Translations under genes and position numbers: made by a program
Source: Octopus sinensis
Lineage: Eukaryota
Reading direction: 5' to 3'
DNA length: 64,000 nucleotides
Assembly (NCBI RefSeq): GCF_006345805.1
Contig: NC_043006.1
Location: forward strand, 16,926,001-16,990,000
The notes under the pieces: generated by a model
Databases searched by the model: none
Seen by the model: only the letters and a program-made list of their open reading frames with translations
Told to the model about the DNA's origin: nothing
Shown here: piece after piece, positions 24,634 through 36,572 of the stretch
Layout: each line of letters opens with the position of its first letter
Position numbering within the stretch: the first letter of the stretch is position 1

Positions 24634-27600
24634 CTACATTACAAAAACAAATTCTTGCTGTCAAATCAATAACAATATGCTCTGTCTTAACATTAATCTG
24701 TTATTGTGTGATCTCAAATTGACTTTGAATCTCTAATCTATGTCTGAGACATATATTCAGGGATTGACAATTTGCATCCACATCACATTAATCTCCTAAT
24801 TCCATGATCAATATCATATTTGTATAATCTTAACCAAAAACTGGTGCAATACTTTTCTTTTATTCCAACTGTGATGCTGTCATAGAGAAAGATTTAAATT
24901 TCTTGCAAATTGAGACAATTTAAACCATTAAATGAAGCTTGTTACACTTCACTTATTCAACTAATACCTTTGAGAAAGGCATAAACATCACATATCGATT
25001 AATATTATTTTTGCGGTTGTTGCTTAACCCCAGGTCAAACTTGACTGAGTAACCCTATAACTAAAAGACATTCAAATCATAACCTCCTGTCTTTTTTTTT
25101 TTTTGTGTAATGTAAGCAATCATGTAGTTCTACAGTAAGAAATCTGTTCTGATCTAGACCCTTCCTTCATACTTTAACCTTTCATCATCTAGGCTAAAGC
25201 TGCTTTTCTCTCTGATATATTCTCACTCTGTTGAAAATCATAGTCTTGCAAACTACAGGAGACTTCATTAGTGCTGACACCACTGTAAAAGCACCCAGCA
25301 CACATTGTAAATGGTTGATGTTAGAAAGAGCAGCCAGCTGTACAAATCATGCAAAAGCAAATATTCACCACAAAGCAGTTCCCCAACCCACTGGATTCCA
25401 GTCAAAACCATCCAGCTAATGTTAGTATGAAAGATGAACATTAAAAGATGATGATGATGATAATGTTACAGACAACATTCTCCAAATTCTCCTCTTTTTA
25501 AGACTGTAGGGTACAGTTTAAGGGAGTTTTGACTGCTATTTCTAGCAGATTGTGTGACCACATAGAAACACCTTAATTGGCTATTTACATGTGTCAAAAA
25601 ACATTGTAGAATAGAGGTTTCTCAGTCAGTCAAATTCATCATCCAGTTTTGATCGCTTGCTAATAAAACCCTTTAGGGGTGACTATAGTGAGTGGAGGAC
25701 AAAGGAAGGAGGGGAACCGTCAACAGCTAAATATCAGAGGGTGCTAAAGATGAGGAGGTGTGGCAGTCCTAAGATAAAGCTCAGAAGAAAAGGAGAGATA
25801 ACTGGAGGCACGAAAAATGGTGATTGGTGGAGAATAAAGTGGAAGAGGATGATACTGGTCATTTTGTTCAAGATCTTCAAAAGAGTTTAATGTTGAGGAA
25901 CACACACATTGCTTTTATTGCAGAGTTTACACCAGCAGACATCAGAAATGCTTCACATATCCTAAACTCAAATTAGGTTCAGTGGTCAACCAAACTAAAA
26001 CATTTGACTCTGTAAGAAGACATGTTAGCAGATTCAATGCCATCCAACCTTCTCAGAAATTGGAAGTTAAAAACAAATAGGCAGAGCTTGTAACAAGTAA
26101 AATATTGCTTTTGCTGTAGAAGTAATTCTAAAACTCAAAGAAAATCTCTTACGAAAATCTGACAAATGTGGTTACATTGCAAGAAAATGCAAATTTGCTA
26201 AATTTTCCAAACCAATGAAAGAGACAACTTCTGCTCCTTGGGATTATTTCCATTTCTAACCTGACTAATATAGCTTCTTTGGTGGTCATTAATGGTACCT
26301 TAATGTCCTGATGAATGATGCTTTAACCATCATACCAACTGACAATTCCAACTTTTGGGTGTTGCATGATTTTTATCTGGACAAACTACAAGAATATCAA
26401 ACTCTTCATCTTACAATATCCATTGATCAGGATTTAATGAATCTACAGAGTGGGTCTTTTGTATTTATTGGAACAAAGCAAACTCTCAAAATATGCAACA
26501 ATTCATATATCATGCATTTCCAACCTCCTTCCCTACAAGAAATAAATAATGTAAAACCAATTACTACACCCCTTAGAAAATATGTCAAATGATTAAATCA
26601 TTTATAAAATCATAAATTGAAAAGTTACTCAAGAAAGATACTATCACACCCTAAACCTCATCCTGGTGAACCCAAGTTGTTGTTACAAAGAATGGTTACA
26701 AAAATGCACAGTCAGTGACAGTGTCCAAACTATTAACCATTTCACAAGGCTAATAATGTCCCTGTACATAAGATTAAGTACTTTTTGTAAGATAGATAAA
26801 GAAAAAGGCTTACTATCAAATTCCTCATCAAACCAAAGAACAACTCTACACAGCATTAAAGGGTGATGGTAGATTATTTCAACACATTCAATTGCCTTTC
26901 GGTCAGACAAATGTAACTGCTGTTCTTTGAAGAGTGTGACGACTGATTTTGTAACCAATGTGGGTGTGTGGTTAAGAAGCTTGCTTCCCAACCACATGGT
27001 TCCAGGTTCAGTCCCACTGTATGGCACCTTGGCCAAGTGTCTTCTACTATAGCTTTGGGATGAGCAAAGCCTTGTAAGTCAATTTGGTATAAAAAAATGA
27101 AAGAAGCCCATCATATATATATATGCTGGTGCCACATAACAAACATTCAGTCCACACAGTAAAGTGGTTGGCATTTAGAAGGGCATCCTGCTGTAAAAAT
27201 CATGCCAAAACTAACCTCGCCTGTGTTAGTACCACGTAAAAAGCACTGAGTCCACTCTGCAGTGTGATTGGGGTTAGGAAGGGCATCCAGCCATAAAAAC
27301 CCTGCCAAAACAGACACAGTCAACCATCCTACCCATGCATTCATGGAAGATGGACATTAAATGATGATAGTGATGATGGCGATGATGATGATGATCTGTG
27401 TGTGTGTGTCATTGTGTCTGTGTTTGTTCCCCACCTCTGCTTAACAACCGGAGTTGGTGTGTTTATGTCCCTGTAACTTAACGGCTTGGTAAAAGCGACC
27501 AATAGAATAAGGACCAGGCTTAACAAAAAATAAGTGGTGGGGTCTATTTATTCAACAAAAAATTCTACAAGGCAGTGCACAGCATGGCCACAGTCTAATG

Positions 27601-28512
27601 ACTGAAACAAATAAAAGATAAAAGATAAGTAGTGACTATTATTACCTGAATGGCATAGTTATCTGCAGAAGAAACATTACAGAACATGACCAGAATCTAT
27701 GGCAGCTTCTATTATGTATTAAGAGTAACAAGCTTGCTTTGAATCAAAAATTATATGTACAAAAAAATCTAGTATTGTATTCTAGAGACATCAGATTCTC
27801 AAAGACTTCACATTTTCTTGATTGTCTAAATTAAAACAGTAACAGAAACTTAAAACTTCTGAAAAGCTTGTCTAAATTACTGGATTATTCATTTATTATG
27901 TGGAATGGATTCTAAGACATTCTGACATAGTACAGCCTTCTACATAATACATCTTCCTTACCAGTGAAGAAAATGTAACTTTTGAAAAAAGCTAAAGAAA
28001 ATAATTGCTGATTTTGTACAGCACAGTGTAATTTTAACAATTTATTGGTAGTAGATATTGATACATTTGATGTAACCTTAGAGGCTACTCTCTCTCTCTC
28101 TCTAGAGGAATTACCAATAGCTTTCGTTTTATGATCACTCAATAAAAATGAAAGACAATGTCCTGCTATCAAAAAGAAAGCAACAGACATTATCAAATGC
28201 ATACATGTATAGAAGCAATTTCAATTGGGAAAATCATTTTACTCTAATAACTGATCAACAAGTAGCTTCATATATGTTTCAATCTTTAATTAGATGCAAA
28301 ACAATAATGAACAATAAAATCGTCTGCTAGAGCATAGAGTTCATCATCATCATCATCATCATCATCATTTAACGTCCACTTTCCATGCTGGCATGGGTTG
28401 GACGATTTTGACTGAGGTCTGGCGAACCAGATGGCTGCACCAGACTCCAATCTGATCTGGCAGAGTTTCTACAGCTGGATGCCCTTCCTAACGCCAATCA
28501 CTCCGAGAGTGT

Positions 28513-28899
28513 GGATGGAAGCACTCCGTCGGTTACGACGACAAGGGCTCCGGTTGATCCGATCAACGGAACAGCCTGCTTGTGAAATTAACGTGTACGT
28601 GGCTGAGCACTCCACAGACACGTGTACCCTTAACGTAGTTCTCGGGGATATTCAGCATGACACAGAGGGTGACAAGGCCGGCCCTTTGAAATACAGGTAC
28701 AACAGAAACAGGAAGTAAGAGTGAGAGAAAGTTGTGGTGAAAGAGTACAGCAAGGATCACCGCCATCCCCTGCCGGAGCCTCGTGGAGCTTTAGGTGTTT
28801 TCACTCAATAAACACTCACAACGCCCGGTCTGGGAATCGAAACCGCGATCCTATGACCGCGAGTCCGCTGCCCTAACCACTGGGCCATTGTGCCTCCGC
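28513..28899 (-). mobile_element. Young tRNA-derived SINE nested in an older retroposon (tails of the same family at about 22180-22280 and 63890-64000)
   Basis: A box tggcccagtgg, B box ggtttcgattcc, and a 12-bp TSD CTCCGAGAGTGT (28501-28512, 28900-28911). Confidence 0.85.
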
Positions 28900-29443
28900 C
28901 TCCGAGAGTGTAGTGGGTGCTTGAATGGTACTCTTAGCACTCCACTAGCACGGATGCCAGTCATTGAATTTGATTTTGATATATTTACATATGTGATTTA
29001 ACCTTTGATCTCAAGTGGATTAGAATCTCAATTCTAATCCACTTCAGATCACCCTTGGTTTTGTGATACAATCTTCCTGTTGTAAAGTGATCTAAATTAA
29101 AAGCTCCACTCAAAATACAATGTTTATGTTCCAAATACAAGCTGAATAAAGACATAGTTATATTTTACTAAATTCTTTATTATTTTCAAAATTAATTGAA
29201 ATAAAGGCAGTATATACTTCAGCAGAAATTTGGTAACGTAAGGCTTAATTTCATTCAAGTAAAGATAATCTCCCTCCAAATGATCCCATAGATCCAGTCC
29301 CCTACTATAAACTCTTCATCACTTCTTTGTCACTCTGGTGAGTGACAGATCATACACTACCCCTTCTGAATGAATGACATGCAGCAAACCAGTCTTTCTT
29401 GTAAACACTGCTTTATACTGAAATTGCAATTTTTATAAAGACA

Positions 29444-29845
29444 CTAGCAGTATCGCCCGGTGTTGCTCGGGTTTGTAAGGGAAATAACTATATAAGCATT
29501 TTTAGAGAGTTATAGCCAAAAAATAGCAAAAAAATGCATTAAAAATGAAAAAGAAATTATGGTAAATTTTTTTTTAAATCGTTGACTCATTGTAGACATT
29601 TTTAGAGAGTTACTTCCCTTATATAATAGCGAAAAAAATGTATTAAAATGGAAAAAAATGATGGTAAATTTTTTTTTAAATCGTAGACTCATCGTAGACG
29701 CGCGCTAATACCCAGAAGGGCTCGATATGAATCACGACTATAAGATACTTGGTTTTGGTTAAACTGCACCACAAAATGTGGGAGTAGGTAGGAATCTAAA
29801 TCGTAGGAGACAGACAGCACACAACCTTACTTTTATATATAAAGA
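29444..29845 (-). mobile_element. Non-autonomous Helitron inserted at an A|T site inside the Gypsy integrase
   Basis: Canonical ends and no TSD. Removing it rejoins the Gypsy sequence (…RHIQAKLHQPF). Confidence 0.8.
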
Positions 29846-31249
29846 TATCCAGGCAAAGTTACACCAACCATTTGAAGAAATGAGTTTGCATTTTATTTGT
29901 ACAAAATATTAATCTATTAATCAACTAATAATATATTCAGGCTGTAACAGGAGAAATTGATTCGTAAACAATATGATGATGTCAAAATCAGTAGTTGTAA
30001 CGATAATTATTTTTGTTGTTAGATGTGAAAGATGAACAATGCATGAAGTTTTAAGGAAATGTTAATTTACCATTACATTACAAATACTTTGCCTCGACGG
30101 GCAGGTTATGTTAAATCCAAAAGCATGCGAAAAGAAAGTTAGATGCAGTAGAATGTTTCTTTCCATAGTTTGGCGTATACGAATAGTTAGTAGTAATCCA
30201 CAGATAGCGATAGAATGATGTTGTAAGAGAACAGAATTAGAGCTAGTGGGAGTTACTGGGTGTGGGACATTGTCTCACAGTTGCTGACAGTAAACTTCAT
30301 TTCTCCCTCTGACCAATGTTGGTCAGCCAGACCTCGTTGAGTCGTCACCAACTGTGACTAACTGCTTTTTGATTGGGGTATGCTTGCTCAAAAAACTATC
30401 CAGAAGGATAGATATATCATTGAGAACAATAGATTTAGTTGGTGGTCTTGTTATCTCTATTCTAGCTTTTGGCGAAGTGGAAGAGGTTAGAAAGGGTCAA
30501 GTGGTGAAAACATTATTTTGGCCTACGTAAAGGCAGCTGGAAAATGTAAAACTGCTGTCAGAGAAAAACCATTGTTCCATCGTGGGAAAAGCTCTGTTGC
30601 AGTGTTAATTTAAATTTGGCAATGGTGGATCGAATCCACTTCATGCTTGCAAGATTCACTACAAGGCAATGTTTGATGAATACACAAGATATATATCTCA
30701 CAAAGAATTTCAAAACTGATATTGTCATAAAATCTCTTAAGGATGTCTTTTGTCTCTATGATGTGCTAGTTTTGATCCATTCTGGTCAAAGATCTCTGAT
30801 TATGAGCAAAGAAAATGTCTACTTTCTTAAGATCATTCCCTATCATTGATGCCTTTGAAAGTCTGTACACTTAGTTCTACTTAGCAAGAAACTACTAAAA
30901 TCAGAATGGGAAACGGTTCTAGCTGGTGCTCTTAATTCTCAGAGATCTTTACTTAGCACCTTAACAAATTACACACCACATGAAAGAATGTCCTTTTTTC
31001 AATGACAATCACCTATTGATTTTTTTTTCTGCCTTCCTACTGAAGTTAGTTTGACCAAATTGTCATAGGACGTGTACAAGTAAACAATACTGATCCACTA
31101 AATCTGCTAAAATGCTGATAATCACAAATGTGTGTGGCAGAGACAGGGTACATATATATGGGTGTGAATAATTTGAATTGGTACAGTTTCTACAGCTGTA
31201 TGGCCTTCCTAACACCAACCCCTTTACAGAGTGAACTGAGTTGGTCCAT

Positions 31250-32371
31250 AAATGCTGAAAATTGTCAGGAAACATTTGTTTGAAAGTGGGATTTTGATTG
31301 TTATCAGGCACTCAATGATACAGGAGGGTACTCCAGGAATTTTCTGCAATAGGCTGTTCTTGAGTGTAAAACCAACCCCATTCAAACAGGGCATCCCAGA
31401 GGGATGTCCTTTCCAGAAGAAGGTGTGTCCACCAGCTTCTTCAGTGAGGGAACCCTCATGGGAGAAATGAGTCTCACTGAGTGCTGCAATGTTGATGTTG
31501 TAGCGCTTGAGTTTGGTGGCTAAAATAGCAGTGCGTCATGGGGGTCATCGAGTGTCCAGCTCATGTGAAACGTCATCAAGGAGGGTGCAAACATTCCAAC
31601 ATGCAAGGATGAGGTTCAAAGGTTTCTGTTTCTTTTTCAATTTTGATACTTGGTTTTGACTGCATGTTTGGTGATGACTCACTGGGAGTGGTTACCCAGT
31701 TGAGCATGTGAGGATGAGCTTTTTCTGAGCCACATTTTCTAGGCCATCCCCTATGTGGAGCAGGCAGTGCTATCTCTGAAAAGGGTTGCCTGGATGCACA
31801 TGCAGGACTGAGGTGGATGTTCATCCATGGGTCCATCCAACAATGACCATCTTACTTATGCTGCCTTCTTGCAGGACTCTAACTGGAGGCTTCCAACTAC
31901 ATCCTAGTCTGCCCCCGTCACCAGATGATCCCATCACTGCAGGACTTGCAGAGAGGATGAAACAGAATGAAGGATGAAATGCAAAGCTTTTGCAGTGAAA
32001 AGTTTCAAGTGCAGGAGAGGATGCACAGTTCTCAGCTTTACGCACTTGACAGAAGGCGAGGTGGGATTCAATGGCAAGAGGAGTCTCGAGACAATTGACC
32101 CTTGTCTTCTGCCAGAGTTGGTGGATAAGATCCTATGCTCCGCCTTTGGAACCAGCCTGTCTGGTCCTGTTCGCAGGCTTCCTGCGGCTAGCTGCTGAAA
32201 CTCCAGTTTGTCGTCCGTCTTTATAGCCAGCTTACATGGCATCACCCTCATCCGCCTTCACTAGGAACTGCTTCACCATTGGGGACTTGCAACAGCAGAG
32301 CCCCATAATCCATGTTTTCAGGATTCAGGCTCTAAGTATATATATATATATAAAAGTAAAAATATACATAC

Positions 32372-32415
<44 letters not shown>

Positions 32416-32960
32416 CAAATAAAAAAGGTGTGATGTGTGAATAAGAATTACATATAAATAATATTGTATACAGAAAAGTAAAAGATATGCAATTAAAAAA
32501 TATAAAAGAGAGAGAGAGAGAATAAAAATATACATATACACATATAAAAAAAGGTATATGCATATTTACTGACACTTAGTTGGATGCCGTTGACTGTTCA
32601 GGAGTTCATCTGCCCTTTGACAGGTCTTATTTTTCACCCCGCAGGTTGTCCAACAACATCCTCCTCACCAACCTGGTGGGGTTGCCAGTTTAGTCGCCAA
32701 CGACCTGACCATGCGACAGGTTGTACTGGATTACATGTTACCAGTAGCACTCAAGAGCGACCTGTCATTTCCCATACAGCAGGGAAGAAAGCACCATAAT
32801 CTGGTGTACCTTTTGACCAGTATGGAAAGATGCCTATTTTTCCACAGCCTCTCCTGTAGCTCGCCAAATGAAGCACCAGCTCTGTTCATACTGTATGTGA
32901 TTTCCAGTGCAGTCTAGGTATCTGAATGCTTTGCACAGAGCCAGTGATATTTTCTTCTCT
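31250..32960 (-). mobile_element. Decayed RTE (BovB-like) LINE: 5'UTR and endonuclease N-terminus, plus a displaced RT fragment
   Basis: LACWNVCTLLD…RTAILATKLKRYNINIAALSETHF…EGSLTE…GHTFFWKG at 31400-31610; AFRYL…RAGASFGELQERLWKN…LSSLLYG at 32780-32950. Confidence 0.75.
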
Positions 32961-32963
32961 TAC

Positions 32964-33016
32964 AGTAGCATTTAGGTTCTCCAGAGGTTGGCAAAGCTGT
33001 ATCAGCTGTAACTATA
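32964..33016 (-). CDS. Candidate exon (IVTADTALPTSGEPKCY)
   Basis: Acceptor ttattttgatgcttttaag, donor CT|gtaaga. Only one frame is open (phase 2 to 1). Confidence 0.35.
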
Positions 33017-33176
33017 CTTAAAAGCATCAAAATAAATCATTAAACTCTTGTATTCATGCATGTGTGTATATATTTAGATTTATCTCTTTAGATTCAGAGT
33101 TTTATATCCAGAGGGTTTGATTCTGTCTTCTGGTGTCATTAAATAAATATCAACAATATGTTCAATTGATTCTTAC

Positions 33177-33261
33177 AGCTGGAGCCTCTCCGACAAAAAC
33201 ACGCTTTTATACCAAATGCAAAGATTATTGTTATTATGCACGAATTTAACATTCATTAGAA
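33177..33261 (-). CDS. Candidate exon of the unidentified gene (LMNVKFVHNNNNLCIWYKSVFLSERLQ)
   Basis: Donor CT|gtaaga, weak acceptor gcacag. Phase 1 to 2, compatible with the signal exon and with the next candidate. Confidence 0.3.
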
Positions 33262-33560
33262 CTGTGCTATTTTATTAAGTTACTAACAATATTTTCTATG
33301 ATTTTGAGTAAACCTTTTTTTAATGTTTTGCTCCTAAGCCATGTGCTATTCTAGAATATGGCGACAATTATGACATCCATCTTGGAGAACAACTGTTTTT
33401 AACAGACACACTGTGATGCAAGAATCTAGTATGAAGAAGTTTACGAAGACCTCATCCTCGACACAAAGAGGTCGAGATTATTGCTTCTCTGATTTCATAT
33501 TTATAAAAGGAAAGACGTTAATTAAATAACTCTCAATGTTTTCAACAAGAAATCTAATAG

Positions 33561-34529
33561 CTCCTAATATGCTGCAAATCACTTATTTTGGTTCGGAAAA
33601 TGGGGGGAGTCTCCCCCTCCCAGAAATTGGAATTTTTTTCTTTTTCGTTAAATGAATTCCTATGGCATCTTAATATACTACACACCCTTTTTGGGGTCCG
33701 AAAAATGGAGTGGGGTGAGGTGGAAGCCTTGGAAATTTCACCTACCCCCATTGATCTTTTCACTAAGGAAAAAAAATTTCCAATGACTCTGGGACAGATT
33801 TCAGAAAGACTTCCTCCTCTCCCACACCATTTTCTCACAAATTATTGTTTTTTTTAAAAAATTTTTGCCAAATACCCATGTTTTCGGATACAGAGATTCA
33901 GGAAAATTGCCAAAAATTTGAATTTTGAAATTTGTTACCCACCACCACCACCACCACTTACACCCTCTCCCAATGTCTTCATTTTTCACTTTTTTCCGTA
34001 ACCCTAAACCCTAACCCTAAGTAGAAAAATTTTTAGAAATTTATTTCAGAATCATAATCTCCGTATTTTTCCGTATATTTTGAAAAAAAAAAAAAAAAAA
34101 AAAAAATTCTGAAAAATGTTAAAGATGAAGAATTTAGGCGGGTGAGGATGGGTAATTTCCAAACGCCGATTTTCGCAGATTCGTATTCTCCGTAGCCGAA
34201 AACGAGGGTTTGTGTAGAAAAAAAAAATTTTTTTTAAAGGAGTGTTTGGCGGGTGGGTACAAAAGAAGTCTTGCCCGAATTTCCCTAACCCTAAAACACG
34301 AGTCCTAACACCCTAACCCTGAAAAGATCAATAGGGGTGGGTGAAATTTCCGAGGCTTCCACCTCACCCCACTCCGTTTTTCGGACCCCAAAAAGAGTTT
34401 TGTAGCATAAGTAGGATGTCACAGGAATTTATTCAACGAAAAAGAAAAATTCCAATGAATCCGGGGGAGGGGCATTCGTCCTCCAGCCCTTTTCCTAACC
34501 AAAATAAGGGATTTGCAGCATATTAGGAG
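33561..34529. mobile_element. Long-TIR (about 210 bp) fold-back element with internal CCCTAA motifs
   Basis: 33561-33768 and 34321-34529 are diverged reverse complements. No TSD was found. Confidence 0.65.
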
Positions 34530-34906
34530 GTCAGGGTACTTGATTCCACGCAAAAAATCGAGTTTTGTTTGTTTTTTTCTTAGTGAAAATCGTACGGGTT
34601 TAATCCGAAAATTTACCTAATTAATTTAATTAAACTATGAAAAAAACTTTATTAACATTTTATAGTAATTATTTGTAATTATCCGTAATGGTTTCTTAGC
34701 TTCCTCCTAATTATCATTGTACAAGAGTTCTTGGCCACCACAGAAGAAATAACGAGCAAGGCTCAAGACCATAAACACGAAAGTGAAAAAGGTAATAAAC
34801 AAGAACCAAAATTAAACCCCAGACCGGACTCGACAGAAGCCTAATCCTAAATATAAATAACAAGAATAAAATGTGTAACTGTTCTTCAATAAAAAGAATG
34901 ACTCAC

Positions 34907-34988
34907 CATAGCCTGATTGAACGTAAATTAAGTATAATAATATTACGCCATTCATTAAGTGAACCAAGTTCAATTTGGATCTAGCCAT
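34907..34988 (-). CDS. First coding exon of an unidentified gene; signal-peptide-like MARSKLNLVHLMNGVILLYLIYVQSGY
   Basis: Exon 35006-34907 has a strong acceptor (tttcatttaatcacttcag) and donor (TATG|gtgagt). The basic N-terminus, hydrophobic core and phase-1 intron are typical of signal-peptide exons. Confidence 0.6.
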
Positions 34989-35269
34989 TATCGTTGTATA
35001 TTCTTTCTGAAGTGATTAAATGAAATATTGCGGTAGCACAATGTGAAATTATGTTCTGCGTGTGGATTAAGATTTTTAATCCAAAGCTGTTTATTGCTGA
35101 TGGTAACTGTCAGAAAAGGAATATCGTTGCGGTATTTTTCACATAAGCGAGCATTCGTGTAGATTCCAGAGAGTTAAACTGATAATTGCCATTATCTGGA
35201 CGTCTCTCGGATAATAACAGAACTTTGGACTAAAATCGATGCAATGAATACTTGGATTAAGATATTTGG

Positions 35270-35800
35270 ATCTTTACCGTTTTTCTTCACAGACCTTTGG
35301 TTTAGAAAGTCATTAGAAATATGGATAGAGGCATCGGTTTTAGCAGATTGCTAACTGCGGCGGCCATTTTTAATGACTTCACAGCCAGATGTTATCAAAG
35401 ATCTACCGTCAAAGTGAAAGCAAGAAAAAGTATATACTATAACGAATATACGAAATATCAATGATTACTTTCACTTTTCAAATGTCTATAGATCCTAGTT
35501 CATAGCTACGTTGGAAACACTTGATGGGAAGAGAAATTTAACCGAGACCAGTGATTTAAACCGTTTGACCTTCTACATTATTTTGTACGTCTAAATAGAA
35601 TCAGAAGTGTGTTATCTTACCTTGTTAACATACTTCAAAAATCCTGACAATGCTCTATAGAAGACTGCATACGGCGCCAAAAATCTAATGATATCAACAT
35701 AAAATTTTAATACGAAAAATATTGGCGTTCTGTAGACACTTTTGTAACCTTTTGATGACGTCAGCGACGCTTCCGTTTGAATATTGAATAAGTAATCGGC
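35270..35800 (-). promoter_or_regulatory. Probable promoter and 5'UTR exon region: YY1-like GCGGCCATTTT (35360-35370), CRE TGACGTCA (35756-35763), minus-strand donors at 35277 and about 35618
   Basis: Locally CpG-enriched unique sequence directly upstream of the signal-peptide exon. Motifs read directly from the sequence. Confidence 0.5.
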
Positions 35801-35848
35801 CATAAGCACACACACATACATACATTCATACATATATATATATATATG

Positions 35849-36246
35849 CTAGCAGTATCGCCCGGCGTTGCTCGGGTTTGTAAGGGAAATAACTATATAA
35901 GCATTTTTAGAGAGTTATAGCCAAAAGATAGCAAAAAAATGCATTAAAAATGGAAAAAAAATTATGGTAAATTTTTTTTTTAATCGTTGACTCATCGTAG
36001 ACATTTTTAGAGAGTTACTTCCCTTATACAATAGCGAAAAAATGCATTAAAATGGAAAAAATGATGGTAATTTTTTTTATTTAATCGTAGTCTCATCGTA
36101 GACGCGCGCTAATACCCAGAAGGGCTCGATATGAATCACGACTATAAGATAACCGGTTTTGGTTAAACTGCACCGCAAAATGTGGGAGTAGTTAGGAATC
36201 TAAATCGCAGGAGACAGGCACACAACTTCACTTTTATATATAAAGA
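35849..36246 (-). mobile_element. Non-autonomous Helitron (same subfamily as 29444-29845)
   Basis: Canonical ends and near-identical internal sequence. Confidence 0.8.
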
Positions 36247-36572
36247 TATATATAACAAGATGGGAACAGGAACTTCAAATCCGACTTTATCCATCGGCTA
36301 CGAGAATTAAGAAGAAGGACAATAGCATTACCAAACATAGAAGCAACACTGTCCCGTAATCCTTATACTTTCGCGATCTATGGACCACTGGTTTGCAAAT
36401 CCTTGGCGGGGACTAAAATGTTATACCTGACTTAATTATAGAAGCTGAATAAACGGAAATAAACTAAATACGTTGTTGAAACTGAGAGGAGAGTTCAACG
36501 TGTGTGTGTGTGTGTGTGTAATTATTAAGTTTTATTTCAAGATTTCTTGCCAATAGAAAAAGAGCCTGTTTC

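Larger units (their letters stand above)
25900..31010 (+). mobile_element. Fossil Gypsy LTR retrotransposon gag-pol, broken by later insertions
   Basis: Broken-frame motifs in Gypsy order: zinc-knuckle-like (about 26150), RT (QVVVTKNG…QTINHFTRL; YYQIP…LPFGQTN, 26650-26930), RT/RNase H (EHDQNL; PIAF…HFTLITDQQ, 27650-28290), integrase (QPFEEMSLHF 29850; FDEYTRY; IHSGQRSLIMS; WETVLAGAL…TPHERM, 30680-31000). Confidence 0.8.
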
